Shown one piece after another: positions 25,698 to 34,391 of a DNA stretch of 64,000 nucleotides. The notes beneath the pieces were generated by a model. The model saw nothing but the letters and a program-made list of their open reading frames with translations. It was not told where the DNA came from and searched no databases. Position numbers and translations under genes: made by a program. Numbering within the stretch: the first letter of the stretch is position 1; every line of letters starts with the position of its first letter. The DNA comes from Bacteroidales bacterium (GTDB lineage Bacteria; Bacteroidota; Bacteroidia; Bacteroidales; JAGONC01), in contig JAQUQD010000006.1 in assembly GCA_028716265.1 (NCBI GenBank), positions 3,176-67,175 on the forward strand. The letters are read 5' to 3'.

Positions 25698-26072
25698 CTA
25701 ATTCCACTGACAGAAAGGCATCGACTGTTCTATTTTCTGCAGCGACTTTTTAATCATTGCCATCAGCTCCTCACACTCAACAAGCATAACAACGCTTACC
25801 TCCTCTTCCACCAGGTGGCTGTCGCGGACCAGGCGGATATGGTAATACGTTTCCCTTGCATACTCATAGGCAACCGTCAGCTGCATATAATATTCCTCAC
25901 TGGACGCCGCATCCTGTCCTACTTCCAGACATGATCCGACGGATATCCCTTTCATAAGTATGTGCTCCGACAGGACACGGTCATGCTGCTTATGATAAAG
26001 GATCTTGTAAAGCTCAATGATCAGAAGGCTGAACAGGTAACTTTTCTTAACAAGGAGCGTATTTCCTTTCAT
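25698..26072 (-). CDS. Four-helix-bundle protein (23S rRNA intervening-sequence protein / Avd-like family)
   Basis: This is the 124-aa terminal part of track ORF 25698..26726, starting at the ATG at 26072. MKGNTLLVKKSYLFSLLIIELYKIL...ISVGSCLEVGQDAASSEEYYMQLTVAYEYARETYYHIRL matches the family pattern (S.GAN..EA......dF..kl.iA.kEa.ET.yWl.l). Confidence 0.75.
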   Translation of the reverse strand: MKGNTLLVKKSYLFSLLIIELYKILYHKQHDRVLSEHILMKGISVGSCLEVGQDAASSEEYYMQLTVAYEYARETYYHIRLVRDSHLVEEEVSVVMLVECEELMAMIKKSLQKIEQSMPFCQWN

Positions 26073-26186
26073 GTTTTTTATTATTAATACGATAACCCCT
26101 TCAAATGTTACCTTGTCAACCATACTTTTTTCATAATACAAGACTTTATTCTTTACTTTAGCAGTACCAAATGGTGTAAACAGGGT

Positions 26187-27125
26187 ATGATCGTTCACCT
26201 TGCGCATAAGGATATCGATAAGACCAAGTGGGATTTGTGCATCCAGGAAGCATACAATGGAGTCATTTATGCCTATTCCTGGTTTCTCGACCTGGTGTCG
26301 GAAGAATGGGATGGCCTGATTGAAAATGATTATGAACGCGTTTTCCCCCTCACCTGGAGGAAAAAGGCATGCATTTATTACCTGCATCAGCCTTTCTTTA
26401 CACAGCAACTCGGGATATTCTCCAGAAGTCTGTTGGATGAAGAAACCGTTAACCGGTTTCTGGAGGCTATCCCCGCCCGTTTCAGGCTGATCGAGATCAG
26501 TCTTAATTCCCACAACAAGGTGTCTGCGAAGGGATTCAACGTCCGGAACAACCTGAACCATGAACTGGCTCTGATCGAAACCTACGAACAGATCGCTGCG
26601 GGGTATTCTGAAAATACCATCCGGTCGATCAAGAAAGCGACAAAACAAAAAATGGCCGTACAGGCCGAGGTAAAACCTGATGTGATCATCGAGATGTTCC
26701 GTCAGCACCGAGGCCGGTCCGTTCACACGCTAAAGGATCGGGATTACCGGCTGTTCCGGCGGCTGGTTTACACCTGCCTGTATAAAGGGAAAGCCCAGGT
26801 CTGGGGAGCCTATTCCCCTGAAAATGAACTATGTGCAGGAATAATCTTCCTTTTCAGCCACAACAGGGCGGTCTTTCTTTTTTCCGGTCTCAATGACTAT
26901 GGCAGGATGAACGGAGCCATGCCCTTTCTCATCGATGCGTTCATCAGGGAGTATGCGCAGACCTATCTGACGCTTGATTTTGAAGGATCCAACAATCCTG
27001 ATCTGGCTAGATTTTACAGAAGCTTCGGATCCAAAGAAGTCCATTATCCCTTTATCAGGAGGAATAGTCTGCCATTGATGATCAGACTGGCCAAAAAGCT
27101 TCAAACAGCGGTCAGGAAACAGTAA
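26187..27125 (+). CDS. GNAT / FemAB-like acetyltransferase-fold protein
   Basis: 312-aa ORF with the N-terminus IDKTKWDLCIQEAYNGVIYAYSWFLDLV, typical of a Bacteroidota family usually encoded beside the 24376-type gene. The overlapping 342-aa minus ORF is judged an artefact upstream of 26072. Confidence 0.7.
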   Translation: MIVHLAHKDIDKTKWDLCIQEAYNGVIYAYSWFLDLVSEEWDGLIENDYERVFPLTWRKKACIYYLHQPFFTQQLGIFSRSLLDEETVNRFLEAIPARFRLIEISLNSHNKVSAKGFNVRNNLNHELALIETYEQIAAGYSENTIRSIKKATKQKMAVQAEVKPDVIIEMFRQHRGRSVHTLKDRDYRLFRRLVYTCLYKGKAQVWGAYSPENELCAGIIFLFSHNRAVFLFSGLNDYGRMNGAMPFLIDAFIREYAQTYLTLDFEGSNNPDLARFYRSFGSKEVHYPFIRRNSLPLMIRLAKKLQTAVRKQ

Positions 27126-27160
27126 ATTTTAATCTGAAGCCGTTTGTCGCTTAGTGTTTC

Positions 27161-28813
27161 TTATTCAGCTTTCGGCGTGCAGTGATCCTTCTTCATGAAC
27201 GGATACCTGAAATCGGTGGCAGGCAAAAGGGTTTCCTTGATGGTCCTTGGATTTGTCCACCGGATGAGATTCATGTAGCTACCCGCCTTGTCGTTGGTAC
27301 CCGATTGCCGTGAGCCACCGAAAGGCTGCTGTCCCACTACCGCGCCCGTCGGCTTGTCATTGTAGTACAGGTTTCCGGCGGCGTATTTCAGGATTTCGCT
27401 TGCTTTGGCCATTGCATAGCGGTCACGCGCAAAGATGGAGCCCGTGAGCCCATACGGTGAAGTGGAATCGCATAGATGCAGCGTTTCTTCAAACTGGTCA
27501 TCCTTGTACACGTAGATGGTCAGAACCGGTCCGAAGATCTCCTCCTCCATGGTGAGAAAATGGGGGTTGCGAGTCAGGATAACGGTCGGTTCGATAAAGT
27601 AGCCCTCTGATTTATCGCCCTTGCCGCCCAGGATCACCTCAGCATCGGATGATTTCATCGCTGCATGAATATACCCTGTGATGTTGTCGAAGGAAGCCTC
27701 ATCAATCACCGCATTCATGAAATTCTCAAAATCCGCCGGATCGCCCGTCCTGATCTGGGAATGCATGTCTGCCAGCCGTTCCCGTATTCCTTTCCAGAGC
27801 GATTCCGGGATATAGGCCCGCGATGCTGCCGAGCATTTCTGGCCCTGATATTCAAAAGCTCCCCGTATAAGAGCTGTAGCTACCTCGTCCGGATCAGCGG
27901 AAGCATGCACAAACACGAAGTCCTTTCCTCCTGTTTCACCCACGATCATCGGGTAGGACTTATAATCCGACAGGTGATCCGCAGTCATTTTCCATAACTT
28001 ATTGAAAGTCTGATTGGAACCCGTAAAATGTACCCCTGCGAGGTAACGGTCTGCCATCACTGTATTTCCGATGACAGAGCCAGCGCCAGGGATAAAATTG
28101 ATGACGCCGTCGGGCACACCTGCTTCCATGAATATCTTCATCAGGTAATAATTCGACAACAGCGACGTAGAAGCGGGTTTCCAGATCAGGGTGTTCCCCA
28201 TCAGTGCGGGTGCAAGGTTCAGGTTGGATGCAATGGACGTGAAATTGAACGGGGTGACGGCAAATACAAATCCCTCCAGCGGCCTGTATTCGATCCGGTT
28301 GATGATCCCTTTGTCGGAATGAGGCTGTTCATTGTAAATATCCGAAATATAATGGGAGTTGAACCTCAGGAAGTCAACAGTCTCGCACGCAGCGTCTATC
28401 TCAGCCTGAAAAATATTCTTGGACTGGCCCAGCATCGTCGCTGCGTTGATCACATGACGGTACTTGGTGGCGATAAGCTCTGCTATCTTAAGGGTGATGG
28501 ACAGCCGCTCGACCCAGAACATGGACTCCCATTGTTTGTGCGCTTTCCTTGCGGCTTCGACGGCCATCCTGACCTCCTTCGGGGAAGCTTTGTGATACGT
28601 GGCCAGCAGGTGCCGGTGGTTATGCGGCATCACGACCTGCCCTGTATCACCGGTACGGATCTCCCTGCCTCCGATGATCAACGGTATATCAGCCACCTCG
28701 CCGCTCATCCGCTTTAATTCTGCGATCACCTTTCTGCGGTCCTTGCTTCCCGGAACATACGAACGAATAGGCTCGTTCTCAGGGTATTCAAAAACAAATA
28801 TGGCGTTATTCAT
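27161..28813 (-). CDS. pruA: L-glutamate gamma-semialdehyde (1-pyrroline-5-carboxylate) dehydrogenase
   Basis: VGETGGKDF and the catalytic FEYQGQKCSAASR are present. The start is taken at MNNAIFVF (28813). Confidence 0.9.
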   Translation of the reverse strand: MNNAIFVFEYPENEPIRSYVPGSKDRRKVIAELKRMSGEVADIPLIIGGREIRTGDTGQVVMPHNHRHLLATYHKASPKEVRMAVEAARKAHKQWESMFWVERLSITLKIAELIATKYRHVINAATMLGQSKNIFQAEIDAACETVDFLRFNSHYISDIYNEQPHSDKGIINRIEYRPLEGFVFAVTPFNFTSIASNLNLAPALMGNTLIWKPASTSLLSNYYLMKIFMEAGVPDGVINFIPGAGSVIGNTVMADRYLAGVHFTGSNQTFNKLWKMTADHLSDYKSYPMIVGETGGKDFVFVHASADPDEVATALIRGAFEYQGQKCSAASRAYIPESLWKGIRERLADMHSQIRTGDPADFENFMNAVIDEASFDNITGYIHAAMKSSDAEVILGGKGDKSEGYFIEPTVILTRNPHFLTMEEEIFGPVLTIYVYKDDQFEETLHLCDSTSPYGLTGSIFARDRYAMAKASEILKYAAGNLYYNDKPTGAVVGQQPFGGSRQSGTNDKAGSYMNLIRWTNPRTIKETLLPATDFRYPFMKKDHCTPKAE

Positions 28814-28958
28814 CCGATGTATCATTAGTAATCAATAAACACCCTGTGCATGATTTTGTTCACACAGTGACAGATGATTCGACATGAGTTGCTATATTTG
28901 CCATCAGACTGCACAGTGTCAGGGATCGCAGTGGGTGATTAAAGATGAAGAATGAAAA

Positions 28959-29978
28959 ATGAAAAATTCAAGATTATACCGGGAAGTGTTGGTCAGCTTA
29001 TGCCTTCTTCTGGTAGTCATCCTCTTTGTGGCACAGGGATGTGATCCTGCACGGACCAGCAAGGGTAAAGCATTGTCTGACGAGGGGGAGGCCACCTTGA
29101 AGGGAGAGTTGGTCATTTTCCATGCGGGAAGCCTAGCCGTGCCATTCAGGGAATTGAAATCCGCCTTCCGGGAACTGCATCCGGAGGTTGAGATCAAGCT
29201 GGAAGCTGGGGGAAGTGTTGCCAATGCCCGCAAGGTCGTTGACCTGGGGCGTCCTTGCGATATCATGGCCGTTTCGGATTACAAGGTCATCGACGAGATG
29301 CTCATTCCCGGGTATGCCACATGGAACATCAAGTTTGCAGCTAACGAAATGGTCATCGTGTACACCCCTCAATCCGCGTATCACGAGATGCTGGACTCAC
29401 TCAACTGGTACTCGGTCCTTTCCCGGCAGGATGTGCGGTATGCACGTTCTGATCCGAACCAGGATCCCTGCGGTTACCGTACAGTGCTCACTCTGAAGCT
29501 TGCCGGGGAATACTACGGTATGCCGGGGCTGGCTGAGCTGCTGCTTTCCAAGGACAACGCCTACATTCGTCCGAAGGAAGTGGATCTGCTCGCCCTGCTG
29601 GAGACCGGAACGGTCGATTATGTCTTTAACTACCGTTCTGTTGCCCGGCAGCATCAGTTGCCTTTCCTGCAGCTGCCACCGGAGATCAACCTGAAGGAGC
29701 CGGAACTGGCAAGTCATTATGCCACCGTCTCCACCGACATCAACGGGAGGGAACCGGGTGAAAAGATCACCATGACGGGAGAGCCCATGCTGTATAGCAT
29801 GGCCATCCTGACCAGTGCGCCTAATCCTTCGAATGCCATGGCATTTGCCGATTTCCTGCTTTCCGGGAAAGGTCGGCAGATCATGGAATCCTGCGGGCAG
29901 CCGTCGGTGGTGCCGTCCCCCACTGCCTCGTACGACAAGGTGCCGGAACAGCTGAGGGTGTATGCAACGCGGGAGTAA
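28959..29978 (+). CDS. wtpA: Tungstate/molybdate ABC transporter substrate-binding protein (WtpA-like)
   Basis: 339-aa ORF with a signal peptide. It has the WtpA-like blocks VIFHAGSL, EAGGS and SDPNQDPCGYR. Confidence 0.8.
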   Translation: MKNSRLYREVLVSLCLLLVVILFVAQGCDPARTSKGKALSDEGEATLKGELVIFHAGSLAVPFRELKSAFRELHPEVEIKLEAGGSVANARKVVDLGRPCDIMAVSDYKVIDEMLIPGYATWNIKFAANEMVIVYTPQSAYHEMLDSLNWYSVLSRQDVRYARSDPNQDPCGYRTVLTLKLAGEYYGMPGLAELLLSKDNAYIRPKEVDLLALLETGTVDYVFNYRSVARQHQLPFLQLPPEINLKEPELASHYATVSTDINGREPGEKITMTGEPMLYSMAILTSAPNPSNAMAFADFLLSGKGRQIMESCGQPSVVPSPTASYDKVPEQLRVYATRE

Positions 29979-29980
29979 TT

Positions 29981-30044
29981 AGGCAGTTGGCAGTAAACAA
30001 TTTAACAATTTGACAATTCGACAATTTGACAATTTAACAATTTT
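29981..30044. repeat. GGCAGTTGG heptamers followed by an ACAATTTR octamer array, ending 3 nt before ATG 30048
   Basis: aggcagttggcagtaaacaatttaacaatttgacaattcgacaatttgacaatttaacaatttt. Confidence 0.7.
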
Positions 30045-30047
30045 AAG

Positions 30048-31094
30048 ATGAAACGTAGTTTAATCATTATCTTTATCGCCTTCATGATGGCGTCATGCGT
30101 GGACAATTCGGAGGGAAAAGTGGCCATAAGTGAAAGAACAAGGGATACGGCAGACATGACCAACGATTTTTATGACAACGAGCCCGTCCATGACCTGAGC
30201 ATCGGGGAAATCCTCGTGAGCGGCGAGGTCAAAAATCCGGGAAAGGCAGACCTGGCATCGCTGCCACTTCGCTCTGTGATCGTCAAGGAAACCCTCCTTT
30301 CAGGGGATACAAACCGGTTTGTCGGAGCTTACCGCTATGACGGGTATTCCCTGTACGACATCCTGAACAGTTTCATCCCGGATAAGGCAAACAAGGAGGA
30401 GTTTCTTCCAATCATTGACCTGTATGTTGAAATAACGAACAAAGCCGGTGAAAAGGCAGTGTTCAGCTGGGGAGAGATCTATTATCCGGTCAACCGGCAT
30501 CAGATCATTCTGGCCACCAGGGTGATGGAGATCGTCCCATCGAAAACCAAGGACCACTGGCCCCTTCCTGTTGCATGCAGGATCGTTACAGCACCCGATC
30601 TGATCACCGAAAGGAATATCCAGGAGCCGGAGAGGATAACGGTCAAATCGCTGGAGCGGTCGTTTACCGTTGACCGGGATAAAAACTACTCAGAGGGAGT
30701 ATCACTCGTTGTGAATGACTCCCTAATGCTCTCTTTCTCTTCCATGCCAGAAGAATATATTTCTGTAACCTATCCAACCATTTTTTATGGACGAGGCAAG
30801 GGGATACACAGTGTCACTCCATTTTCAGGCATCATGCTGAAGGATATCCTGAAACACCATATCGCTGTCGATCAGCACTCCCTGCGCAGCGGACTGGTGA
30901 TCGTCAAGGGGGCCGACGGTTATCGCAGCGCCTTCACACTAAGCGAAGTCGTCAACCGTAACGACCAGTCGGAGGCCATCCTGGTGGATGTTGGCGAAGA
31001 GAAAGAGGGAGGCCGTTTTCGGCTTTTCACCAGCGCCGATTTCTTTTCCGACCGTGCCGTCTTTGCCCTCGAAACGATCCTGATTGACTATTGA
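30048..31094 (+). CDS. Lipoprotein with two tandem domains resembling the molybdopterin-oxidoreductase (SUOX/YedY-type) substrate-domain fold; function unknown
   Basis: 348-aa ORF with lipobox FMMASC. Two segments are similar to each other (GEVKNPGKADLASLPL...YDGYSLYDILN and ...FSGIMLKDILKHHI...GADGYRSAFTLSEV). It lies inside the wtp operon. Confidence 0.65.
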   Translation: MKRSLIIIFIAFMMASCVDNSEGKVAISERTRDTADMTNDFYDNEPVHDLSIGEILVSGEVKNPGKADLASLPLRSVIVKETLLSGDTNRFVGAYRYDGYSLYDILNSFIPDKANKEEFLPIIDLYVEITNKAGEKAVFSWGEIYYPVNRHQIILATRVMEIVPSKTKDHWPLPVACRIVTAPDLITERNIQEPERITVKSLERSFTVDRDKNYSEGVSLVVNDSLMLSFSSMPEEYISVTYPTIFYGRGKGIHSVTPFSGIMLKDILKHHIAVDQHSLRSGLVIVKGADGYRSAFTLSEVVNRNDQSEAILVDVGEEKEGGRFRLFTSADFFSDRAVFALETILIDY

Positions 31095-31152
31095 TGACAA
31101 ATTGCTTACAAAAACCGGTGAATGGTGGATTTTACTATTTGCCGTTTAATTT

Positions 31153-31953
31153 TTGATTTTTGATTTCATGAAAACCAGCATCTTCCAACTCATTCTCATT
31201 TTCCTGGGAGGTCTGGTATTGCTTTTCATCGTCGCTCCCCTACTGGGTATATTTTTAAAGACATCACCCTCTGATCTTTTCCAGACCAGCCAGGATCCGG
31301 AGGTGACCCGCAGTATCTGGCTGACCTTATGGACCAGCATGGTGGCGACGCTGGTCTTCTCCATCGGGGCCATACCGCTGGCCTTTCTGCTGGTCAGAAA
31401 AAGATTCCGTATGAAGCAGCTGGTGCTGGGCATCATCAATCTGCCAGTCGTCATCCCCCACTCAGCGGCCGGGATTGCCATCCTGGGTTTTGTATCCCGG
31501 AATACGCTGATGGGCAAAGCTGCCTCCCTGGCGGGCTTTGATTTTGTCAGCACACCTGCCGGGATTGCACTGGCAATGGCATTTGTAAGCCTTCCTTTTC
31601 TGATCAATGCGGCCATGGACGGCTTTGCCGCCGTCCCGGTAAGGCTCGAAAATGCCGGGCTGAACCTGGGGGCCTCACCGGCCCGTGTGTTCTTTTCCAT
31701 CTCACTCCCACTAGCCTGGAGAAGCATCGTCACAGGTCTGATCCTCATGTTTGCACGCGGGATGAGTGAGTTTGGCGCCGTGGTGATTGTCGCCTACCAC
31801 CCCATGATCACGCCGGTTCTCATTTTTGAGCGCTTTGGTGCATTTGGGCTCTCCTATGCACGGCCGGTGGCCGTATTGTTCATCCTGGTCTCCCTCGCCG
31901 TTTTCATCCTGCTGCGGCTGCTCACCAAAGATAAAAGCCATGCTAAGAGTTGA
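31153..31953 (+). CDS. wtpB: ABC transporter permease (WtpB/ModB-like)
   Basis: 266-aa polytopic ORF with a CysTW-type EAA loop (NAGLNLGASPARVFFSISLPL). Confidence 0.85.
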   Translation: MIFDFMKTSIFQLILIFLGGLVLLFIVAPLLGIFLKTSPSDLFQTSQDPEVTRSIWLTLWTSMVATLVFSIGAIPLAFLLVRKRFRMKQLVLGIINLPVVIPHSAAGIAILGFVSRNTLMGKAASLAGFDFVSTPAGIALAMAFVSLPFLINAAMDGFAAVPVRLENAGLNLGASPARVFFSISLPLAWRSIVTGLILMFARGMSEFGAVVIVAYHPMITPVLIFERFGAFGLSYARPVAVLFILVSLAVFILLRLLTKDKSHAKS

Positions 31954-33007
31954 ACAGCTTTCGGTTAACATGGGAGAGTTTTCCCTGCAAAGCATCGACC
32001 TTCAGGTCGGCCGGGAAGATTATTTTGTGGTGCTTGGAGTTTCAGGTGCAGGCAAATCCCTTCTGCTGGAAACCATCGCCGGCATCGTCAAACCTTCGGG
32101 AGGGCATATTTATCTCAATGAAGAAGACATCACCCGTAAAAAGATCCAGTCAAGGGGTGTCGGCCTATTGTACCAGGACCATGCCCTGTTTCCACATCTT
32201 ACTGTTGTTGAGAATATTGCATATCCGTTGAAGGGAAGATATCCGGCAAAAAGAGATGCCGTCAAGGCCGTAAGGGATCTGGCTGAGCAGATGAGCATAC
32301 AGCATCTGCTGCATCGCAAGCCGGGCACACTCTCAGGCGGAGAACAGCAGCGGGTGGCACTGGCCCGCACTCTTGCCATGAATCCCTCCGTCCTGTTGCT
32401 GGACGAACCCCTTGCATCACTTGATGTTCAGATGAAGAAAGACCTCCGGAAGCTCCTTCGGAAGATCAACCAGGATGGGATGACGATCCTCCACGTAACG
32501 CATGATTACGAAGAAGCCATCACACTGGGTCATAAGGTTGCCGTCCTCAATGAGGGAAAGATCATCCAGACCGGATCCATCGCCGACGTGTTCCAACACC
32601 CGCGGCATGCATTTACCGCCAGTTTCATCGGGATAAAGAATTTCTACAGCGCCCGGTTTCTGCCACCCGATCCGAATGCGTTACCCGGATTGTCATGCGC
32701 ACAAATCAGCCCTGAGATCTCCTTCTTCCTGCAGGAACAGGTCCCCGATGGTGACGGATTCATCATCCTGGAAGCCGAAGATATCACCCTGAGCCATACA
32801 AGACCAGACAGCAGCGCACGGAACAACTTCAAGGGTACCATACTGGAGATCTCACCCGGAATAAAAGGTTTTGAGGTGACCGCGGATATAGGTATTCCGG
32901 TTCATGCCATCATCACCCGCCATGCCCTTGACGATCTGCAGCTTCGGGAAGGAAAAGATGTCTGGGTGTCGTTCAAAGCCTCTGCCTTACGATTCATTGC
33001 CGGATAA
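31940..33007 (+). CDS. wtpC: ABC transporter ATP-binding protein with a C-terminal TOBE domain (WtpC/ModC-like)
   Basis: Walker A GVSGAGKS, signature LSGGEQQRVALAR and Walker B LLLDEP are present, with a TOBE-like tail. The start is taken at MLRVEQL, overlapping the permease stop. Confidence 0.85.
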   Translation: MLRVEQLSVNMGEFSLQSIDLQVGREDYFVVLGVSGAGKSLLLETIAGIVKPSGGHIYLNEEDITRKKIQSRGVGLLYQDHALFPHLTVVENIAYPLKGRYPAKRDAVKAVRDLAEQMSIQHLLHRKPGTLSGGEQQRVALARTLAMNPSVLLLDEPLASLDVQMKKDLRKLLRKINQDGMTILHVTHDYEEAITLGHKVAVLNEGKIIQTGSIADVFQHPRHAFTASFIGIKNFYSARFLPPDPNALPGLSCAQISPEISFFLQEQVPDGDGFIILEAEDITLSHTRPDSSARNNFKGTILEISPGIKGFEVTADIGIPVHAIITRHALDDLQLREGKDVWVSFKASALRFIAG

Positions 33008-33056
33008 CAGATCTTTCGTTTACTTAAATCACTAACTTTACGGAAGAGTTCAATGA

Positions 33057-34382
33057 ATGACTTCGCAAAGGTCATACCTGCTCAGCCTGATCCTCATCTT
33101 CCTGGCTGTGGGGCATCTGAATGCCCTGACAGAAGCATTTCACCCTCGCACAGCGCCCTCCAGATACCCTGCTGATACCATCAAACTCCTTGACTCGCTT
33201 CATTCCTATTTCTGGAGAACAAACATCGGATACTGGGTGAACCAAGATCTCGACCTGTTTTCCTATGACCATAACACCGATATGATTCGATGGAACAGGA
33301 AACACTGGGACGAATCATACGGCTATATATGGTATGACGACTTCCGCGTCCTTTACACCCTTGAAGGAGGACAGCCAGTGGAAGAGCTCAAGCAGAATTA
33401 CGACCTGCAAACCTCCCAATGGATCAATTATACCCTTTTTAGCTATGCTTTTGACGGGCAAGGGAACAAGACCGAATGGAAATGGCAGCGATGGTCGGCG
33501 GAAAAGGAAGAGTGGATCAACTTCCGGTTAAACAACTATCTCTATGATGTTCAAGGGCATCAGATCCTCTCTGTTTCCAGTATCTGGGATGCTGCGGGCA
33601 ATGAGTGGCTGCTTTCTCAACAAACAGAAATATCCTACGATGTCTGCGGTGCAGATACCCTGATCCTTACCTCGTACTGGTCCACATCCGATTCCGCCTG
33701 GACCCCCCTGGGTCTCAGGAGAAACATTTATGATCAGGCAGGAAACCGGGTGAGAGAACATATGCAGTATTGGGATGCCGGATCTTCATCCTGGATCAAC
33801 TCCAGCAATAATATATCGCTTTATGATGAACACGATAACCTGCTGCAAACGACCTACCAGCACTGGGATGAAGGCCTCAACGGATGGGTTGACAGGAATC
33901 TGACCGAATATTCATACAATGTACAGGACCTGTTAAGCCTTTATGTCACTTCCATGTGGGATCCTTCAGACTCAGTATGGCAACCTGCATCCAGAGGATT
34001 GTATGCATACGACCGGGAAGGCGACGAAAGCGATTTCATTTTGCAGGTGTGGAGCCAGAACGGTGAATGGATCAACCAATCACACAAACGCTATGTTTAC
34101 TATAAAGTGCTTTCTTTGCAGGAATCCTATCCATCTTCGGAGATTTCCTGCATCTTGACGACCTATCCTACCGGACATCAATGCGTTCGGTGTTGCGGCT
34201 TAAAAAACAGCCAATCTTATATCCTCAACGTGTATACCTTGACTGGAAGCCTGATCCTCACTAGGGCATTCAACGGCGATCAGGCTGTTTCGTCATGGGG
34301 CCACATTCCACCCGGCATCTATATCCTCACCATTACGGGAAACGATCAGATAATACACAGGGAAAAGATGTTGATCCCTTAA
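33057..34382 (+). CDS. Secreted repeat protein with a T9SS C-terminal sorting domain
   Basis: 441-aa ORF with a signal peptide. It has reiterated W(I/V)N-x6-8-Y-x-YD units and a C-terminal tail YILNVYTLTGSLI...GIYILTITGNDQIIHREKMLI. Confidence 0.75.
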   Translation: MTSQRSYLLSLILIFLAVGHLNALTEAFHPRTAPSRYPADTIKLLDSLHSYFWRTNIGYWVNQDLDLFSYDHNTDMIRWNRKHWDESYGYIWYDDFRVLYTLEGGQPVEELKQNYDLQTSQWINYTLFSYAFDGQGNKTEWKWQRWSAEKEEWINFRLNNYLYDVQGHQILSVSSIWDAAGNEWLLSQQTEISYDVCGADTLILTSYWSTSDSAWTPLGLRRNIYDQAGNRVREHMQYWDAGSSSWINSSNNISLYDEHDNLLQTTYQHWDEGLNGWVDRNLTEYSYNVQDLLSLYVTSMWDPSDSVWQPASRGLYAYDREGDESDFILQVWSQNGEWINQSHKRYVYYKVLSLQESYPSSEISCILTTYPTGHQCVRCCGLKNSQSYILNVYTLTGSLILTRAFNGDQAVSSWGHIPPGIYILTITGNDQIIHREKMLIP

Positions 34383-34391
34383 ATGCCAGGA

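Noticed and set aside
25698-26726. 342-aa minus-strand ORF
   Set aside because: It is a chimera. Only its last 124 codons (from the ATG at 26072) look like a real four-helix-bundle gene. The upstream part is antisense to the well-supported GNAT/FemAB-like gene 26187..27125.
28826-28958. Moco (molybdenum cofactor) riboswitch upstream of wtpA
   Set aside because: I could not identify the conserved Moco-motif core or its helices by eye. Only short direct repeats are present. An Rfam scan is needed before any such call.
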